Of a stretch of DNA of 64,000 nt, positions 28,176-38,633 are shown in pieces. The notes beneath the pieces were generated by a model, which saw only the letters and a program-made list of their open reading frames with translations, did no database searches and was not told the origin of the DNA. Source of the DNA: a virus; the IMG/VR virus record IMGVR_UViG_3300032117_000009, positions 1-64,000 of that record. One strand, written 5' to 3'. The position numbers and the translations under genes are program-made. Numbering within the stretch: position 1 is the first letter of the stretch; every line of letters begins with the position of its first letter.

Positions 28176-29075
28176 CTAGTTTTTGTTACGAATTCTACGG
28201 TATGGTGTCTTTGATCTGAAAGAACGAATTTGAGCAGCAACAGAAGTGCTACCTGATCCACCAGAACCGTTTGTTGTAAGAGTTGTGCCAAATGGTGCAT
28301 AAGGCTTTGTAATAGTAGCACCTGTTGTTGTATCAGTAGTTGTCAAGAAAACTCCAGAGCTATTAGCAGCAAGGCCAGCATTGGAAGGATCTGGGTACAC
28401 AGGGGAGCCAACAGGAATATTGGTTGTGTTTCCTGTATTAACAGTAGCACATTCACCTTCAATTTGAATCCAGCCGTAGTAGTTTGCTGGGATAGCTACA
28501 AGAGCAACTCCAGCAAATACACCAACACCTGAAAAAAGATTTGTATTAGCTACAGTTTGGTGTGCCTTAACTACAGAACGGCCAACAAAACCGTTAGAGT
28601 CCCATACAACTACGTCACCAGCAGCAATTGCTGTTGAGCCAGAAGAATTGTAAACGTAAGTAAATCTTTCATCCTGTGGGCCAGTAATTGTAACGTTAAG
28701 AACGTTTGTAGAACTAATTTGGCTTGCAGGAGCTTGAATAGCAGTCCAACCTTGGAAACCTTCGCCAGAAAGATTAAGGCCACCAGTATTGTAAATTGGC
28801 GTAGATGAACTTGTGGTTAGAATTGACCAAACGCCAAGTTGTGGCGTAGCATTTGAAGTGCCAGCAGGAAGGCTATTGTTACCAGATGTTGGAACAGCAT
28901 AGCCATTTACTGATGCAACAGTAATAAATGACTGACGAGCAGCTGAAGAAATTTTTGAGAATGTTTCCCAATCTACTTCATACTGTACACCAGGACTCAT
29001 TTTACGGTGGTCAGGAAGAGTAGCATGTGCAATGCCAGGGGCTAATTGAATTGTGACGGAACGTGGTGCCATCAT
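28176..29075 (-). CDS. virion structural protein (299 aa)
   Basis: Between tube and chaperone; contains IAAGDVVV...GVALVAIPANYYGWIQIEG, a beta-rich decoration-type motif. Confidence 0.55.
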   Translation of the reverse strand: MMAPRSVTIQLAPGIAHATLPDHRKMSPGVQYEVDWETFSKISSAARQSFITVASVNGYAVPTSGNNSLPAGTSNATPQLGVWSILTTSSSTPIYNTGGLNLSGEGFQGWTAIQAPASQISSTNVLNVTITGPQDERFTYVYNSSGSTAIAAGDVVVWDSNGFVGRSVVKAHQTVANTNLFSGVGVFAGVALVAIPANYYGWIQIEGECATVNTGNTTNIPVGSPVYPDPSNAGLAANSSGVFLTTTDTTTGATITKPYAPFGTTLTTNGSGGSGSTSVAAQIRSFRSKTPYRRIRNKN

Positions 29076-29086
29076 TTTCTCCTATC

Positions 29087-29569
29087 TTAAGATCGGTGTT
29101 CGGTTCTGCTTAGGTACATTATTTGAACAGACTTAGGGAATGTCATAGTACCAATGTTTACGGTTTCATCAATCATTACGTTTACTACGTAGCAATTGTT
29201 ATATGTAATTGTTCTTACTGGTGTTAAGCCTTGTTGACCAATTACTTTTGTCATTCCAACTGCACCTTGTGCAAGCTGAGCTTTAAATACATCAAGCAAG
29301 TCGTTTGCTCCAGCAAAACCAGCAAGATTTTCCCAAACTTCTGTATTCCACTGTTCACGGAAAGTTACTTCAATTGTTCCAGCTTCAATAGCTGCTGGCA
29401 ATGCAACTTCTATAGGATATGGTGCATCAAGAGGTTGAATTGCCTGGGGAGCTGCAACAGGCCTTGGCGCAGTCTCACGAACTACGTCTACAAAAGCTAA
29501 GGGTTGGCTAGAGCCTTTCCAATAAAAGAAAGTATAACCACCACCAACTCTGAATGTTGAACTAGCCAT
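29087..29569 (-). CDS. tail tube protein (T4 gp19-like)
   Basis: 160 aa directly after the sheath; PQAIQPLDAPYPIEVALP...GTIEVTFREQWN...TITYNNC. Confidence 0.8.
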   Translation of the reverse strand: MASSTFRVGGGYTFFYWKGSSQPLAFVDVVRETAPRPVAAPQAIQPLDAPYPIEVALPAAIEAGTIEVTFREQWNTEVWENLAGFAGANDLLDVFKAQLAQGAVGMTKVIGQQGLTPVRTITYNNCYVVNVMIDETVNIGTMTFPKSVQIMYLSRTEHRS

Positions 29570-31738
29570 TTATGCTCCTGTTGAAAATGTATTGGTGGAA
29601 TTTACCGTTGGACTAAATTGTATTGTTCCAGCAGTTGGATCAATGCTAAACGAAACATTGATATAGTTCAACGGGAATGTTGGTGAATATTGGAATTGGA
29701 CAGTAACGCTTACTGGATAAGTAGAAGATTGCTGATATTGAATTCCAGAGTAACTTTGAATAAGATTTGCAATCACAGCATTGGCAAGTGTTGTTTGCAC
29801 AGTTGATATAATAACAGATGCTGTATTTGGTGTTAATGCAGAACCAATCAAATTTGAATTAACAAGATTTGCTTTAATAAGTCTATAAAGTTGATCTTGA
29901 GCACCAATAATTGAAATTTCTTCAGTTAACCAATTGCTTGTATTTGTTGTAAGCCCATGTCTGACATAAATTGTTCCATTTGAACGTTGTTTTAAGCACA
30001 AAACGCCATTACCTTGCATGCTTAAATAATCATTAACTGAGTAAGTTGGGTTAATGCCATAAAATCCATTAACAGTTTTATGTGTTAACGGTTCTTGTGG
30101 TCCAGGTTGCGATGCATAAATACCAGCTACTGCAGCTGCTCCGTAATAACCAGGAACTTGAATTACCTGATTAGTGGTTGTATTCGTAGTACTCATTTGC
30201 AAAGCGTTTGGTGCAAATACGGAAATTCTTTGATTATTAAACGCAGCAGCATCAGCAATTAACGCAGTTGCTGCAGTTATATTAGGTGTATTTGTTGAAG
30301 AATCTCTTGACAAAAAGAATCTTTGCAATGTTCCATTTGAAGATTGTGTTCCTGTGTATGTATTAAAGAAAGATACCCAAGATTGTGGGGTCCCAGCAGA
30401 AGGTATGGTAATTGTTCCACTTATTGGAGTTGAATTATAATCAAGCAAAGGAACAATTGTGTCAATATTGCCATTTCCACCTAAACAATAGTTAATTGTT
30501 TGTTGCCACTGAGCAGCAGTTGGAGATGCTGCTACAGTAGTATCTGTTGTTGTTGTTCCATTACCAACTGCTAAGCAATAAACTTGTGTAGCTCCGTTTA
30601 AAAAAGCCATCTGAGCTGCAAGCGAAATTGGAGAATTGATTTGTCCAGTGTTTGAATTTAAAGGTGAACCATATGTTTGGTTAACAGCATTTGGACTATT
30701 AAAAAACAATACTTTGTTACCATAATTAGTAGAGTAAGTATAATTAGCTGTTAAAGAAGCATTTGTAATTGTATTGGTAGCAGCAAGAGAAGTTCCAGAA
30801 GAATAGCCAGAAGTGCTAACTGAAAAAGTAATGATATTAAGTGGGTTATTAGATGCAGCAACTGTAGATGTAGCACCAGGAGTTGCTATTGAAGCTGTTG
30901 TTAAACCAGTAACCGAACCAGGGTTGCTGTTATTTGTAATTGTAAAACCAGTTGCCGTAGCACTTGCAATTTGCCAATTTCCGTTGTAAGCAGAATATGC
31001 GCTTGGTATTCCTGTAATAGTTACATATTGGTTTGCTGCAAAATTATTATTAGCTGTAATTGTCCAAGTTGTTGAGTTAGAAGAAATTGCTGTAATTGGA
31101 GAACCAAATTGGACTATTGTTGGTGTCGCAGAAACACCAAGAGCATTTGTTACAGTAACGGCAGAATTAAGCAATGCAAGTGAAGTTGGTGAACCATTGA
31201 TATAACCTGTTGCTATTGCATTTGTAATTGCATTGCTTAAGGAAGATGCTGATGCATTATAGGCTACAGAAGTAGTTACTTGGTTACCCGAGCTAGTTAA
31301 AAGTGGCTGACCGTTTACATAAAAAGATAAAGTTGCAGTTCCAGATGATGGCGTTCCTGTTGTGCTTAAAGTTGTTACACCAGTACCTAAAAATGTGCTT
31401 GAAGCCAAAAGGTTGCTATTGTTAGCTGCACTAGCATTTGAAGGTGCATATCCTAATTGATAATCTGTTCCAAGAGAAAGACTAGAACTATTAGAGTTAA
31501 AAGTATTTGTAATTAATGGCGTTGGGAGAGTGCTATTAGAACCAGAAGTAGTTACGTTTAATTGGCTTAGTGTGTTGATAGAATATGAATTTTTAAAAAA
31601 TAGTGAATTATCTATTTGTGGGAGTGAAGTAAGACCTGGACCAACAATGCACATGCTGATAGGACCATTTCCAACGCTAGAAACAACTGGCGTATTTGTT
31701 ACTTGTACATAGACACCTGGGTCTTGATAGGTCGCCAT
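29570..31738 (-). CDS. tail sheath protein
   Basis: YQDPGVYVQ N-terminus, AAAVAGIYAS...EPLTHKTVNG, VRHGLTT, YSPTFPLNYINVSF. Confidence 0.9.
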   Translation of the reverse strand: MATYQDPGVYVQVTNTPVVSSVGNGPISMCIVGPGLTSLPQIDNSLFFKNSYSINTLSQLNVTTSGSNSTLPTPLITNTFNSNSSSLSLGTDYQLGYAPSNASAANNSNLLASSTFLGTGVTTLSTTGTPSSGTATLSFYVNGQPLLTSSGNQVTTSVAYNASASSLSNAITNAIATGYINGSPTSLALLNSAVTVTNALGVSATPTIVQFGSPITAISSNSTTWTITANNNFAANQYVTITGIPSAYSAYNGNWQIASATATGFTITNNSNPGSVTGLTTASIATPGATSTVAASNNPLNIITFSVSTSGYSSGTSLAATNTITNASLTANYTYSTNYGNKVLFFNSPNAVNQTYGSPLNSNTGQINSPISLAAQMAFLNGATQVYCLAVGNGTTTTDTTVAASPTAAQWQQTINYCLGGNGNIDTIVPLLDYNSTPISGTITIPSAGTPQSWVSFFNTYTGTQSSNGTLQRFFLSRDSSTNTPNITAATALIADAAAFNNQRISVFAPNALQMSTTNTTTNQVIQVPGYYGAAAVAGIYASQPGPQEPLTHKTVNGFYGINPTYSVNDYLSMQGNGVLCLKQRSNGTIYVRHGLTTNTSNWLTEEISIIGAQDQLYRLIKANLVNSNLIGSALTPNTASVIISTVQTTLANAVIANLIQSYSGIQYQQSSTYPVSVTVQFQYSPTFPLNYINVSFSIDPTAGTIQFSPTVNSTNTFSTGA

Positions 31739-31790
31739 AACATTCTCCTTCTAAACTCTATATTGCTTAAAACTGTAAATTACATTACAA

Positions 31791-32435
31791 TCATTCAGCA
31801 TTATAAGTATAAGTCTGCGTGCTTAAAATTTTGTTGTTGTATTCAGCTTCGCCAGTAATTGTAATTTGATCAATTGGCAAAAGCGTTTGGGTATATTTAT
31901 CTTCATAAAATTCACCAATACAATTAATTCTTATTGTAGATTCATAAGTAAGTTCCTCAGAACTCCAAGGTGTACCTGGATTTACAGTGTCGCCTACTTG
32001 CAATATTTGTCCTGGGGATATTGTTAAGCCGATTAACTGGTCTGCAGCAATACTCTGATAAAAAGCAGAAGAACTGTTTGCCATATCATTCATAAGAATT
32101 AAATTGGTTAAAGTGTCCCAAATTCTATCTCTTTCTTCTGAAGACATAGCGAGTATTTCTAAATCAAAAGCACCTTCAAAATAACCATGGCGAACAGATT
32201 GCCAAGTCCCATCACTATTTTGAGTTTCTATGTTTGGACTTAAACCAGTATATTGTGTTCTTGTAGGACGAAATTGTACGTATACAGCTGGCCATTCAAT
32301 CTCTTGAACAGGATATTCAATAGTAACTGATCTTGGAGATAAATCAATTGTACTATTACTAGATGCTTGGCCAATAGCTGCAAACCCAGCTTGTATGGCT
32401 TCAATTAAAGCAATTTTTGCAGCAGTGATAAACAT
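31791..32435 (-). CDS. tail terminator/neck protein
   Basis: Precedes the sheath; VTIEYP...PAVYV...FDLEILAMSSEERDRIWD. Confidence 0.6.
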   Translation of the reverse strand: MFITAAKIALIEAIQAGFAAIGQASSNSTIDLSPRSVTIEYPVQEIEWPAVYVQFRPTRTQYTGLSPNIETQNSDGTWQSVRHGYFEGAFDLEILAMSSEERDRIWDTLTNLILMNDMANSSSAFYQSIAADQLIGLTISPGQILQVGDTVNPGTPWSSEELTYESTIRINCIGEFYEDKYTQTLLPIDQITITGEAEYNNKILSTQTYTYNAE

Positions 32436-32935
32436 TATTGTCCTAAAATTAGATCTATAACTTCTTCGGCATTTGTCAATTCCAACATTGCTATGATTTG
32501 ATTAGAGTCAAGTTGATTTATCCACTCTTCTGCTGCTTGCTCTAAACCATTTTCAATATAATGTAAAGCTTTAAGGCCAGGGTGCCTCCACATTATTTTT
32601 GATGTGACTATTCTTCCACCTGCATCACGAGAAGTTATTTTTCTTTTTCCTACATTTTCTGCAGTAGCTTTACGAAAAATTATTTGACCGTTTGGTAAAC
32701 GAATTGGTATTGTTTTGCCAATAAGTTCATATTGTATATGAGGCTTTGTTCCAACCTCTTGGTAATACATATATATTACGTCTTCAGGAACTACAATACC
32801 GATAGAACCTTCTTCGTTGGTAGAAAGAAGCGCAGCAGCTCCTTTACCAGTTTTTTTTGGTGCGTTTTGTTTTGCTATTTCTAAAGCACGTTTAGATATT
32901 CCATACGTAATATCTTTTGGTACAGGGAATAACAT
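32435..32935 (-). CDS. HK97 gp10-like tail completion protein
   Basis: IAKQNAPKKTG...YQEVGTKPH...HPGLKALHYI pattern. Confidence 0.6.
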   Translation of the reverse strand: MLFPVPKDITYGISKRALEIAKQNAPKKTGKGAAALLSTNEEGSIGIVVPEDVIYMYYQEVGTKPHIQYELIGKTIPIRLPNGQIIFRKATAENVGKRKITSRDAGGRIVTSKIMWRHPGLKALHYIENGLEQAAEEWINQLDSNQIIAMLELTNAEEVIDLILGQ

Positions 32936-33630
32936 TAGGCGTAAGGAACATAAGTTAATGGGTGGTCAGGCCATACATTTTCAAGCGTACATGTCTGAGA
33001 TATAATGTGGATTGGTTCATTAGAAATTGTTGGACCAGTTCTTATTGAATGAGGTATTACGTTTGATACTTGAAATCTTTCTGTTGATAGAACTGGGATA
33101 TCCCCATTCCATTGTGAAACCCGAATTACAAGATCACCTTGTCTAATTATTGGTGTAAAAGACAATTGAATTTGTGGGTTTTCTTTCCAAAATTGACCTG
33201 TGGAAAGTTTTTGACGAACCTGGGGTGAATCAGATGCAAGCATATAAAGATGATAAGCAACAGGTTTAAAGCCACCTGTAAAAGTAGTGCCATAGCAAGT
33301 TGGGCAATACGAATTACCAGATTGACGGTATACTTTAGATGCTCTTACTTGAACAGATTGAGTAGGATCAGTTGGATTAGGGCTATCTTGACAATCTATA
33401 CAATAAGTAACAAGACCCTGAGCAGCATCCTCTGCACGCCATAATAATCTAACTACGCACTTTTCTCCATACCATTGGAGAGCTTCTTCATGCCACTGTT
33501 GTTGGTTAGAATCAGCCCACAATTCTTCTTGTTTTATGACAAGTAATGGATCTACTTCATTATACGGCAAAGTTTGATAAGGTGTTGCTGCTGAAGTATA
33601 TCCATTACCGCTTACACCTATATCAGACAT
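32935..33630 (-). CDS. head closure/neck protein
   Basis: Neck-cluster position; CPTCYGTTFTGG Zn motif; IIRQGDLVI. Confidence 0.55.
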   Translation of the reverse strand: MSDIGVSGNGYTSAATPYQTLPYNEVDPLLVIKQEELWADSNQQQWHEEALQWYGEKCVVRLLWRAEDAAQGLVTYCIDCQDSPNPTDPTQSVQVRASKVYRQSGNSYCPTCYGTTFTGGFKPVAYHLYMLASDSPQVRQKLSTGQFWKENPQIQLSFTPIIRQGDLVIRVSQWNGDIPVLSTERFQVSNVIPHSIRTGPTISNEPIHIISQTCTLENVWPDHPLTYVPYA

Positions 33631-33697
33631 TTATATCTTTTCTGTATTAAACAAATTCTTTCTTAACTTAAGTGATTGCAATAAAAAAATACAATAC

Positions 33698-34963
33698 TTA
33701 GCTCCAATTCAGTTCCCCTGGGATTCTTGGTCCATTTTTTATTGCTACGAGATTAGCTAATACATGAATTATATTGTGAGTTTTATTAAAATCTGATATA
33801 AATATATTTTCTAATCTAGAAATTTGAAATTTACAAGTTAATTCAGGAACGAATTTAGAAAATTGTTCGTTGGTGTAATACCAAAAAGAATTGCTATTAT
33901 AATAAGAAATATGGGTTGGGTCTTGAAATGCCCCTCTACCATCAGTACTTGGAGTAAGCGTTAATAACATTCCCCCATGAGCTAAAACCCTATAAAATTC
34001 ATTGAATATTTTTATTTTTTCTGGAAGATGCTCTAGGAAATCAAAAGCTCTAATTACACCAACACTATTATCTTCTAATTTAGATAATATTTCATATACA
34101 TCGCCAATTAAATCAGCATTATATAAGTCTATACCAATAAAACCCTCAGGTTTACTGTGAGCAGCGCCAAGATCTAAAGCAAGCAAATCATTTTTTTCTG
34201 CCCAAGCTTTTGCATTTCCTTCTATATATTTATCATAAAATATAATAGTTTCTTTTTGAATGCGAGAATTAATTTCAGGTTTTGATTGAGTATTTCCTGG
34301 ATGAATTCTTTGTAAATATAAGCATTCGTCAATATAATAAAATTTCCCATATTGATAAAGTCTGCAAATTAAATCTAAATCGTCTAATATTTCAAGCTCT
34401 GCATTGTAACCACCAACGGCAAAATAAGCTTCTTTTTTTATTGCACGAACATGATTTGGGGCAAACCAAATATATGACATAGATGAGGCAAACATATTCA
34501 TACTATGACAACGTTTTATTTTTAAACCATTTACAATTTCTTCTGAATATTCCCAACCAAATTGAAAAGCAAATTCATCATTATTTGGTGTGCCATTTTC
34601 ATTTATTTGAGCAAAATCAGAATAAACAAATACTGCATCTGGGTTTTGAATAAATTTTATTACTATTGATTGCAAAGCATTGTGCGAAAGAATATCATCA
34701 TGATCTAGCTCAACAAGTATTTCTCCCTGAGCAATATCACAACAAATTTTTTTTGCCTCACCAATACCTTTAATTTTATCAATTTTATGTATTTTAACCC
34801 TGGGGTCTTCAGGAGCTACCCAATCAGGAGAATTATTGTTAAGTAAAATAATCCATTCCCAATTTGTAAAAGTTTGTTTTCTCAAACTTTCGTAAGCATC
34901 ATTTAAAAACTTTGGTTCGTGAGAAGGAGTAAATACAGAAACTTTATTCATGCATGTTTGCAT
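33698..34963 (-). CDS. GT2 glycosyltransferase fused to a class I SAM-dependent methyltransferase
   Basis: VSVFTPS...ELDHDD...DDLDLICRL (GT-A fold) followed by LDLGAA...FDFLEHL...EFYRVLAHGG...AFQDPTH. Confidence 0.88.
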   Translation of the reverse strand: MQTCMNKVSVFTPSHEPKFLNDAYESLRKQTFTNWEWIILLNNNSPDWVAPEDPRVKIHKIDKIKGIGEAKKICCDIAQGEILVELDHDDILSHNALQSIVIKFIQNPDAVFVYSDFAQINENGTPNNDEFAFQFGWEYSEEIVNGLKIKRCHSMNMFASSMSYIWFAPNHVRAIKKEAYFAVGGYNAELEILDDLDLICRLYQYGKFYYIDECLYLQRIHPGNTQSKPEINSRIQKETIIFYDKYIEGNAKAWAEKNDLLALDLGAAHSKPEGFIGIDLYNADLIGDVYEILSKLEDNSVGVIRAFDFLEHLPEKIKIFNEFYRVLAHGGMLLTLTPSTDGRGAFQDPTHISYYNSNSFWYYTNEQFSKFVPELTCKFQISRLENIFISDFNKTHNIIHVLANLVAIKNGPRIPGELNWS

Positions 34964-36253
34964 TTAATAAGGCGCTCCCCAATTCCTTGGTGCCCAAATT
35001 GTTTTATCCCAGGGAAATAAAGATAAATCAAATGGGGAAATAGAACCTCTGCTTTCGAGGTTATTCAAATTTTGATACATATTATAAACATCACCTTGCG
35101 CTGACCATGGATCAACGCCAAAAAATTCTTTTTCAGCAAAACCAGGTTCTGCATTAAAAGCATGAACAAATAAGTTTTTATCTGTTCCCACCATACCATA
35201 AGTTTGGATAGCTTTCAAAATCACTCTTAGAAAAGGTGGGTAAGGGCCAGATGGAGTTAAATCAAGATCACTTGGTAAAGTTGCCCATTGACCTTCCATT
35301 GGTATTTCATCAGAAACTGGCATTGCTGCACCATCACAGCTTAAAGCAGGCCAACATGGTCCTGTTGTTTGATAACGGGTTCCATCTGGGTGGATTGCCT
35401 CTCCAACACTGCTATTGGTAGCACAATTAGAAAATGTAAAAGCAACTGCATGATTTATCTGTTGGTTACGAGCTTCAGATATACCTATAAAACCAAGATG
35501 GTTATGCATCCAAACTGCTGCATCATATCCATACATAAATTGCAATGGATAATTGATATCTGTCCATCCATCTAAACCAATTGGAGCAATCGAAAACCCA
35601 GCCTGAGTTGCAGACCAGGTATTTGTCCCTGTGGACGCTACTTTGTAATACTCTCTAAGAATGCCCGTACCAACGTCAAAAATAGCGGTAGCAGAATCCT
35701 GGCCAGATTGTACGGCGTATTTAGGCGTCAACCATTCTGGCCAAGGAATCATACCATTCAATATTGATTGTGCATAATTGTTTCCTGCTAATGGGTCAAT
35801 ATTGCCAAGATTAGGATTGATTACTGCACTCCCAGAAATTGTCATTTGTTGAAAACTAGCGTTTGGCATTGTAGAGTCTACAACATAACAAGCAATTGGA
35901 CGAGTTCCAGACACAGAAGTGTTAAACGATGTTGGACCAAATCCGCTTCCAGCATTAATATGAGCTTGCATCCAAGCAGCTTGGTTTGCAGAATTACTAT
36001 GTACTGGCATATTAGATACTGAACGAGTTAAAACTGAATTTTGTGCAATATAAGGGTCAAAAGCAGATTGACGAGTCCAAGTAGGATCTGGCAAATTTTG
36101 ATTTGACCATGTTGTTCCATCATATGTTTTTGGAGAAACAGGTTTCCATATATTAGCATTGCTATCATAAATTCTAAACATTGTTCTAGGAACAAGGCCA
36201 ACAGGATTGCCAATCCAATTTTCACTTGCTCTCAAATTTAACAATGTGCTCAT
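34964..36253 (-). CDS. hypothetical virion-associated protein (429 aa)
   Basis: ATGA overlap at 36253 with the upstream gene; aromatic-rich, possibly carbohydrate-binding. Confidence 0.6.
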   Translation of the reverse strand: MSTLLNLRASENWIGNPVGLVPRTMFRIYDSNANIWKPVSPKTYDGTTWSNQNLPDPTWTRQSAFDPYIAQNSVLTRSVSNMPVHSNSANQAAWMQAHINAGSGFGPTSFNTSVSGTRPIACYVVDSTMPNASFQQMTISGSAVINPNLGNIDPLAGNNYAQSILNGMIPWPEWLTPKYAVQSGQDSATAIFDVGTGILREYYKVASTGTNTWSATQAGFSIAPIGLDGWTDINYPLQFMYGYDAAVWMHNHLGFIGISEARNQQINHAVAFTFSNCATNSSVGEAIHPDGTRYQTTGPCWPALSCDGAAMPVSDEIPMEGQWATLPSDLDLTPSGPYPPFLRVILKAIQTYGMVGTDKNLFVHAFNAEPGFAEKEFFGVDPWSAQGDVYNMYQNLNNLESRGSISPFDLSLFPWDKTIWAPRNWGAPY

Positions 36254-36696
36254 GCAGACCAAATTTCATAAACAAATGCTCCAAATGCATCATTGCCGGA
36301 TGCATCGTTTGGCCCCCCATATTTAATGCCAGTAGAGGTAACAGCTGTTTGTACTGCATAAGCTGCATCAAGCGTATGTGATCCAGCAGTTAAACCAGTT
36401 ATTGTAAAAACAGTTTCAACAGCAACCATTGTAGAAGCTGATGGCGCAGTAACCTGGCCCATTGGCACCCCACGACCTCGTACAGTTGATCCTTCAAGAA
36501 TACCAAGAAGAATTGTTGGAACTGATGTTGATCCATGAAGAACTGTTTTTAAACGCACCATTATATTACCTGATGATGGCACAATAACGCCAAGACGTAA
36601 GTTTGTAGTATCAAGAGCTGTCATTGCTATTGTGCTAGATGTACTTTTGATTACAGCTGTTGAAGGATCATAATTTGTACATGAAAGAAGCGACAT
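36250..36696 (-). CDS. hypothetical virion protein (148 aa)
   Basis: Beta-rich (FTITGLTAGSHTLD); coupled to both neighbours. Confidence 0.6.
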   Translation of the reverse strand: MSLLSCTNYDPSTAVIKSTSSTIAMTALDTTNLRLGVIVPSSGNIMVRLKTVLHGSTSVPTILLGILEGSTVRGRGVPMGQVTAPSASTMVAVETVFTITGLTAGSHTLDAAYAVQTAVTSTGIKYGGPNDASGNDAFGAFVYEIWSA

Positions 36697-38633
36697 TATC
36701 CTCCTAACTTAGTTATAATAACATTATCTATAAATTGAGCACCTGGGACAACTGCTTGACCAGTTGCCGATGTTCCATAATTCGCATTTGCTGTTGCTGT
36801 GTTGACAGGAATTGATAAAGAACCAACTGAAATACTTGATCTGGTAACAAATGTTTGTGTTGAAGAACCTTGCGAAACAACAACGCTAGAACCAGAAGGT
36901 ATTGTTGATGAAGATGAATTTGCTGTTACGGAAAGGGAAGTTACGCTTGCTCCACTTGCAATTGCTGTGCTAAGCGTTCCCATTGAAATAGATCCATTTA
37001 TTACTACTGTAGGCACAGCATAATTAGCATTAGCTGTAGTTACATTTACAGGTATTGTCAATGTTCCTTGTGGAACGTTGGTAGCAACTGTAAAAGTTTG
37101 AGTAGAAGATCCTTGTTGAATTGTAATAGTTGAATTAGCTAAAATACCACCTGCATAAGTGTTTTGAGCAACATTTACATTTGTAACAGAATCTCCTGAT
37201 GAAAAACCAGATGTAATCGTTCCAAAGCTTTGAGAATAATCATGCGTCATGTTTACACCAAAACGTGTTTCTGAAAAACTTAAAGTAGTTGGGAATTTAT
37301 AAACTCCAGCGTTAGAAAGATCATAAACAAGATTTACCCCGTTTGGCTGATAAATAGTAATTGTTGTCCCAACTAATGTAACGGTATATGTTCCAAGGGG
37401 TGGTACGATATTAAGTCCAAATTGAAGATCAATGCTTCCACCCGATACATTGCCTGTTGATATACGAAAACGGTTATACCCATATTGCAATAAAACACCA
37501 CTAAAATTAGATCCATCACTTGCACCAGTAGCTGAGGTAAAACGACGACCAATATTTATTATTAAAGGATCTTGGGTGCTTGGGTTTGTTGGCAAATTTA
37601 ATAAAGTAAACTGCGCTTCTATGTTTTTAGCATTTAAGAATCTAAGAGCAACTTTATTATCTCCTGTAGTATAAGGAGCATAATCCATTGTTTGGTTAAC
37701 AGAAGTAATTTGAAAACTTCCAACACTATTAGCAGAAGTCAAATGCGTTACATCAGTCCCACCCAGGTCGTAAAGCCATTGTTGTGGAGTTCCACCGTTA
37801 GCAACATCTGTATATCTTGCTACTAAAGTATTGACTGCTGCTCCTGTAAAATTATCTGAAGTTATAGTAGATGTAGCAGATGGGTTTGGAAAATCATGAA
37901 CAAAAACTTGTGATGGTGATGATAATATATAACCAGATTGTGCAACAGGTGTTAAAACTACTTCTATTGGAAAAGTACCTATCGCACTATATGTTGCTCC
38001 TTGTGTAAGCGTTTGTCCAGCTCCACCACCACCTGAAGTCCATACATAATCAAGACCAACAATTCCAGAAGGAACGGTAAATTGAGAATTATAATCATTC
38101 CATGTTGGGACTAATGGTTGCACTGGTACAGGTGTTAAAACGCTTGAAGTATCAATCCATACAACTGGTAATGATTGATAAGTAGCTGAACTTGGAGCTT
38201 GTGGGCCATATGTTATAAAAACGTTTGTTGGCACAGAGCCTTGTGGCCCTTGATATCCTTGTGGTCCTTGAATACCAATATTTCCTTGATATCCTTGCGG
38301 TCCTTGTGCCCCTGGTCCATTATTAAGTATTAAAGCATCACTAGTTGCTTGCCAATAATTAACATCTTGCCAATAAACCCTTATATAAAAAAGTGATGCT
38401 TCTGTGCAAGGAATTTGCCAAGCTCCATGAGAACCATATTGAGTACCACTTGTTACAGGGCCAAAATCAGCAGGTAAGCCATCATTTGGTATAGGATCTC
38501 CAAGTTCAGGTGGTGTAGAAAATCTAGAGCTATTCCATAAATCTACTTGTGCGCCATCAATCGGTCCAGTATTGCTTTCTACCAAACCGCTAATTACTAT
38601 AGAAGAAGAAGAGCCTAAAGTAATTTTTAGCAT
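36696..38633 (-). CDS. tail fibre-like protein with a short collagen repeat and tandem C-terminal beta modules
   Basis: Eight G-X-Y triplets; two related modules (QGSSTQTF...SIPVN...ANANY) near the C-terminus. Confidence 0.7.
   Translation of the reverse strand: MLKITLGSSSSIVISGLVESNTGPIDGAQVDLWNSSRFSTPPELGDPIPNDGLPADFGPVTSGTQYGSHGAWQIPCTEASLFYIRVYWQDVNYWQATSDALILNNGPGAQGPQGYQGNIGIQGPQGYQGPQGSVPTNVFITYGPQAPSSATYQSLPVVWIDTSSVLTPVPVQPLVPTWNDYNSQFTVPSGIVGLDYVWTSGGGGAGQTLTQGATYSAIGTFPIEVVLTPVAQSGYILSSPSQVFVHDFPNPSATSTITSDNFTGAAVNTLVARYTDVANGGTPQQWLYDLGGTDVTHLTSANSVGSFQITSVNQTMDYAPYTTGDNKVALRFLNAKNIEAQFTLLNLPTNPSTQDPLIINIGRRFTSATGASDGSNFSGVLLQYGYNRFRISTGNVSGGSIDLQFGLNIVPPLGTYTVTLVGTTITIYQPNGVNLVYDLSNAGVYKFPTTLSFSETRFGVNMTHDYSQSFGTITSGFSSGDSVTNVNVAQNTYAGGILANSTITIQQGSSTQTFTVATNVPQGTLTIPVNVTTANANYAVPTVVINGSISMGTLSTAIASGASVTSLSVTANSSSSTIPSGSSVVVSQGSSTQTFVTRSSISVGSLSIPVNTATANANYGTSATGQAVVPGAQFIDNVIITKLGG
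38238..38318 (-). repeat. collagen-like G-X-Y repeat
   Basis: GAQ GPQ GYQ GNI GIQ GPQ GYQ GPQ G. Confidence 0.85.
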
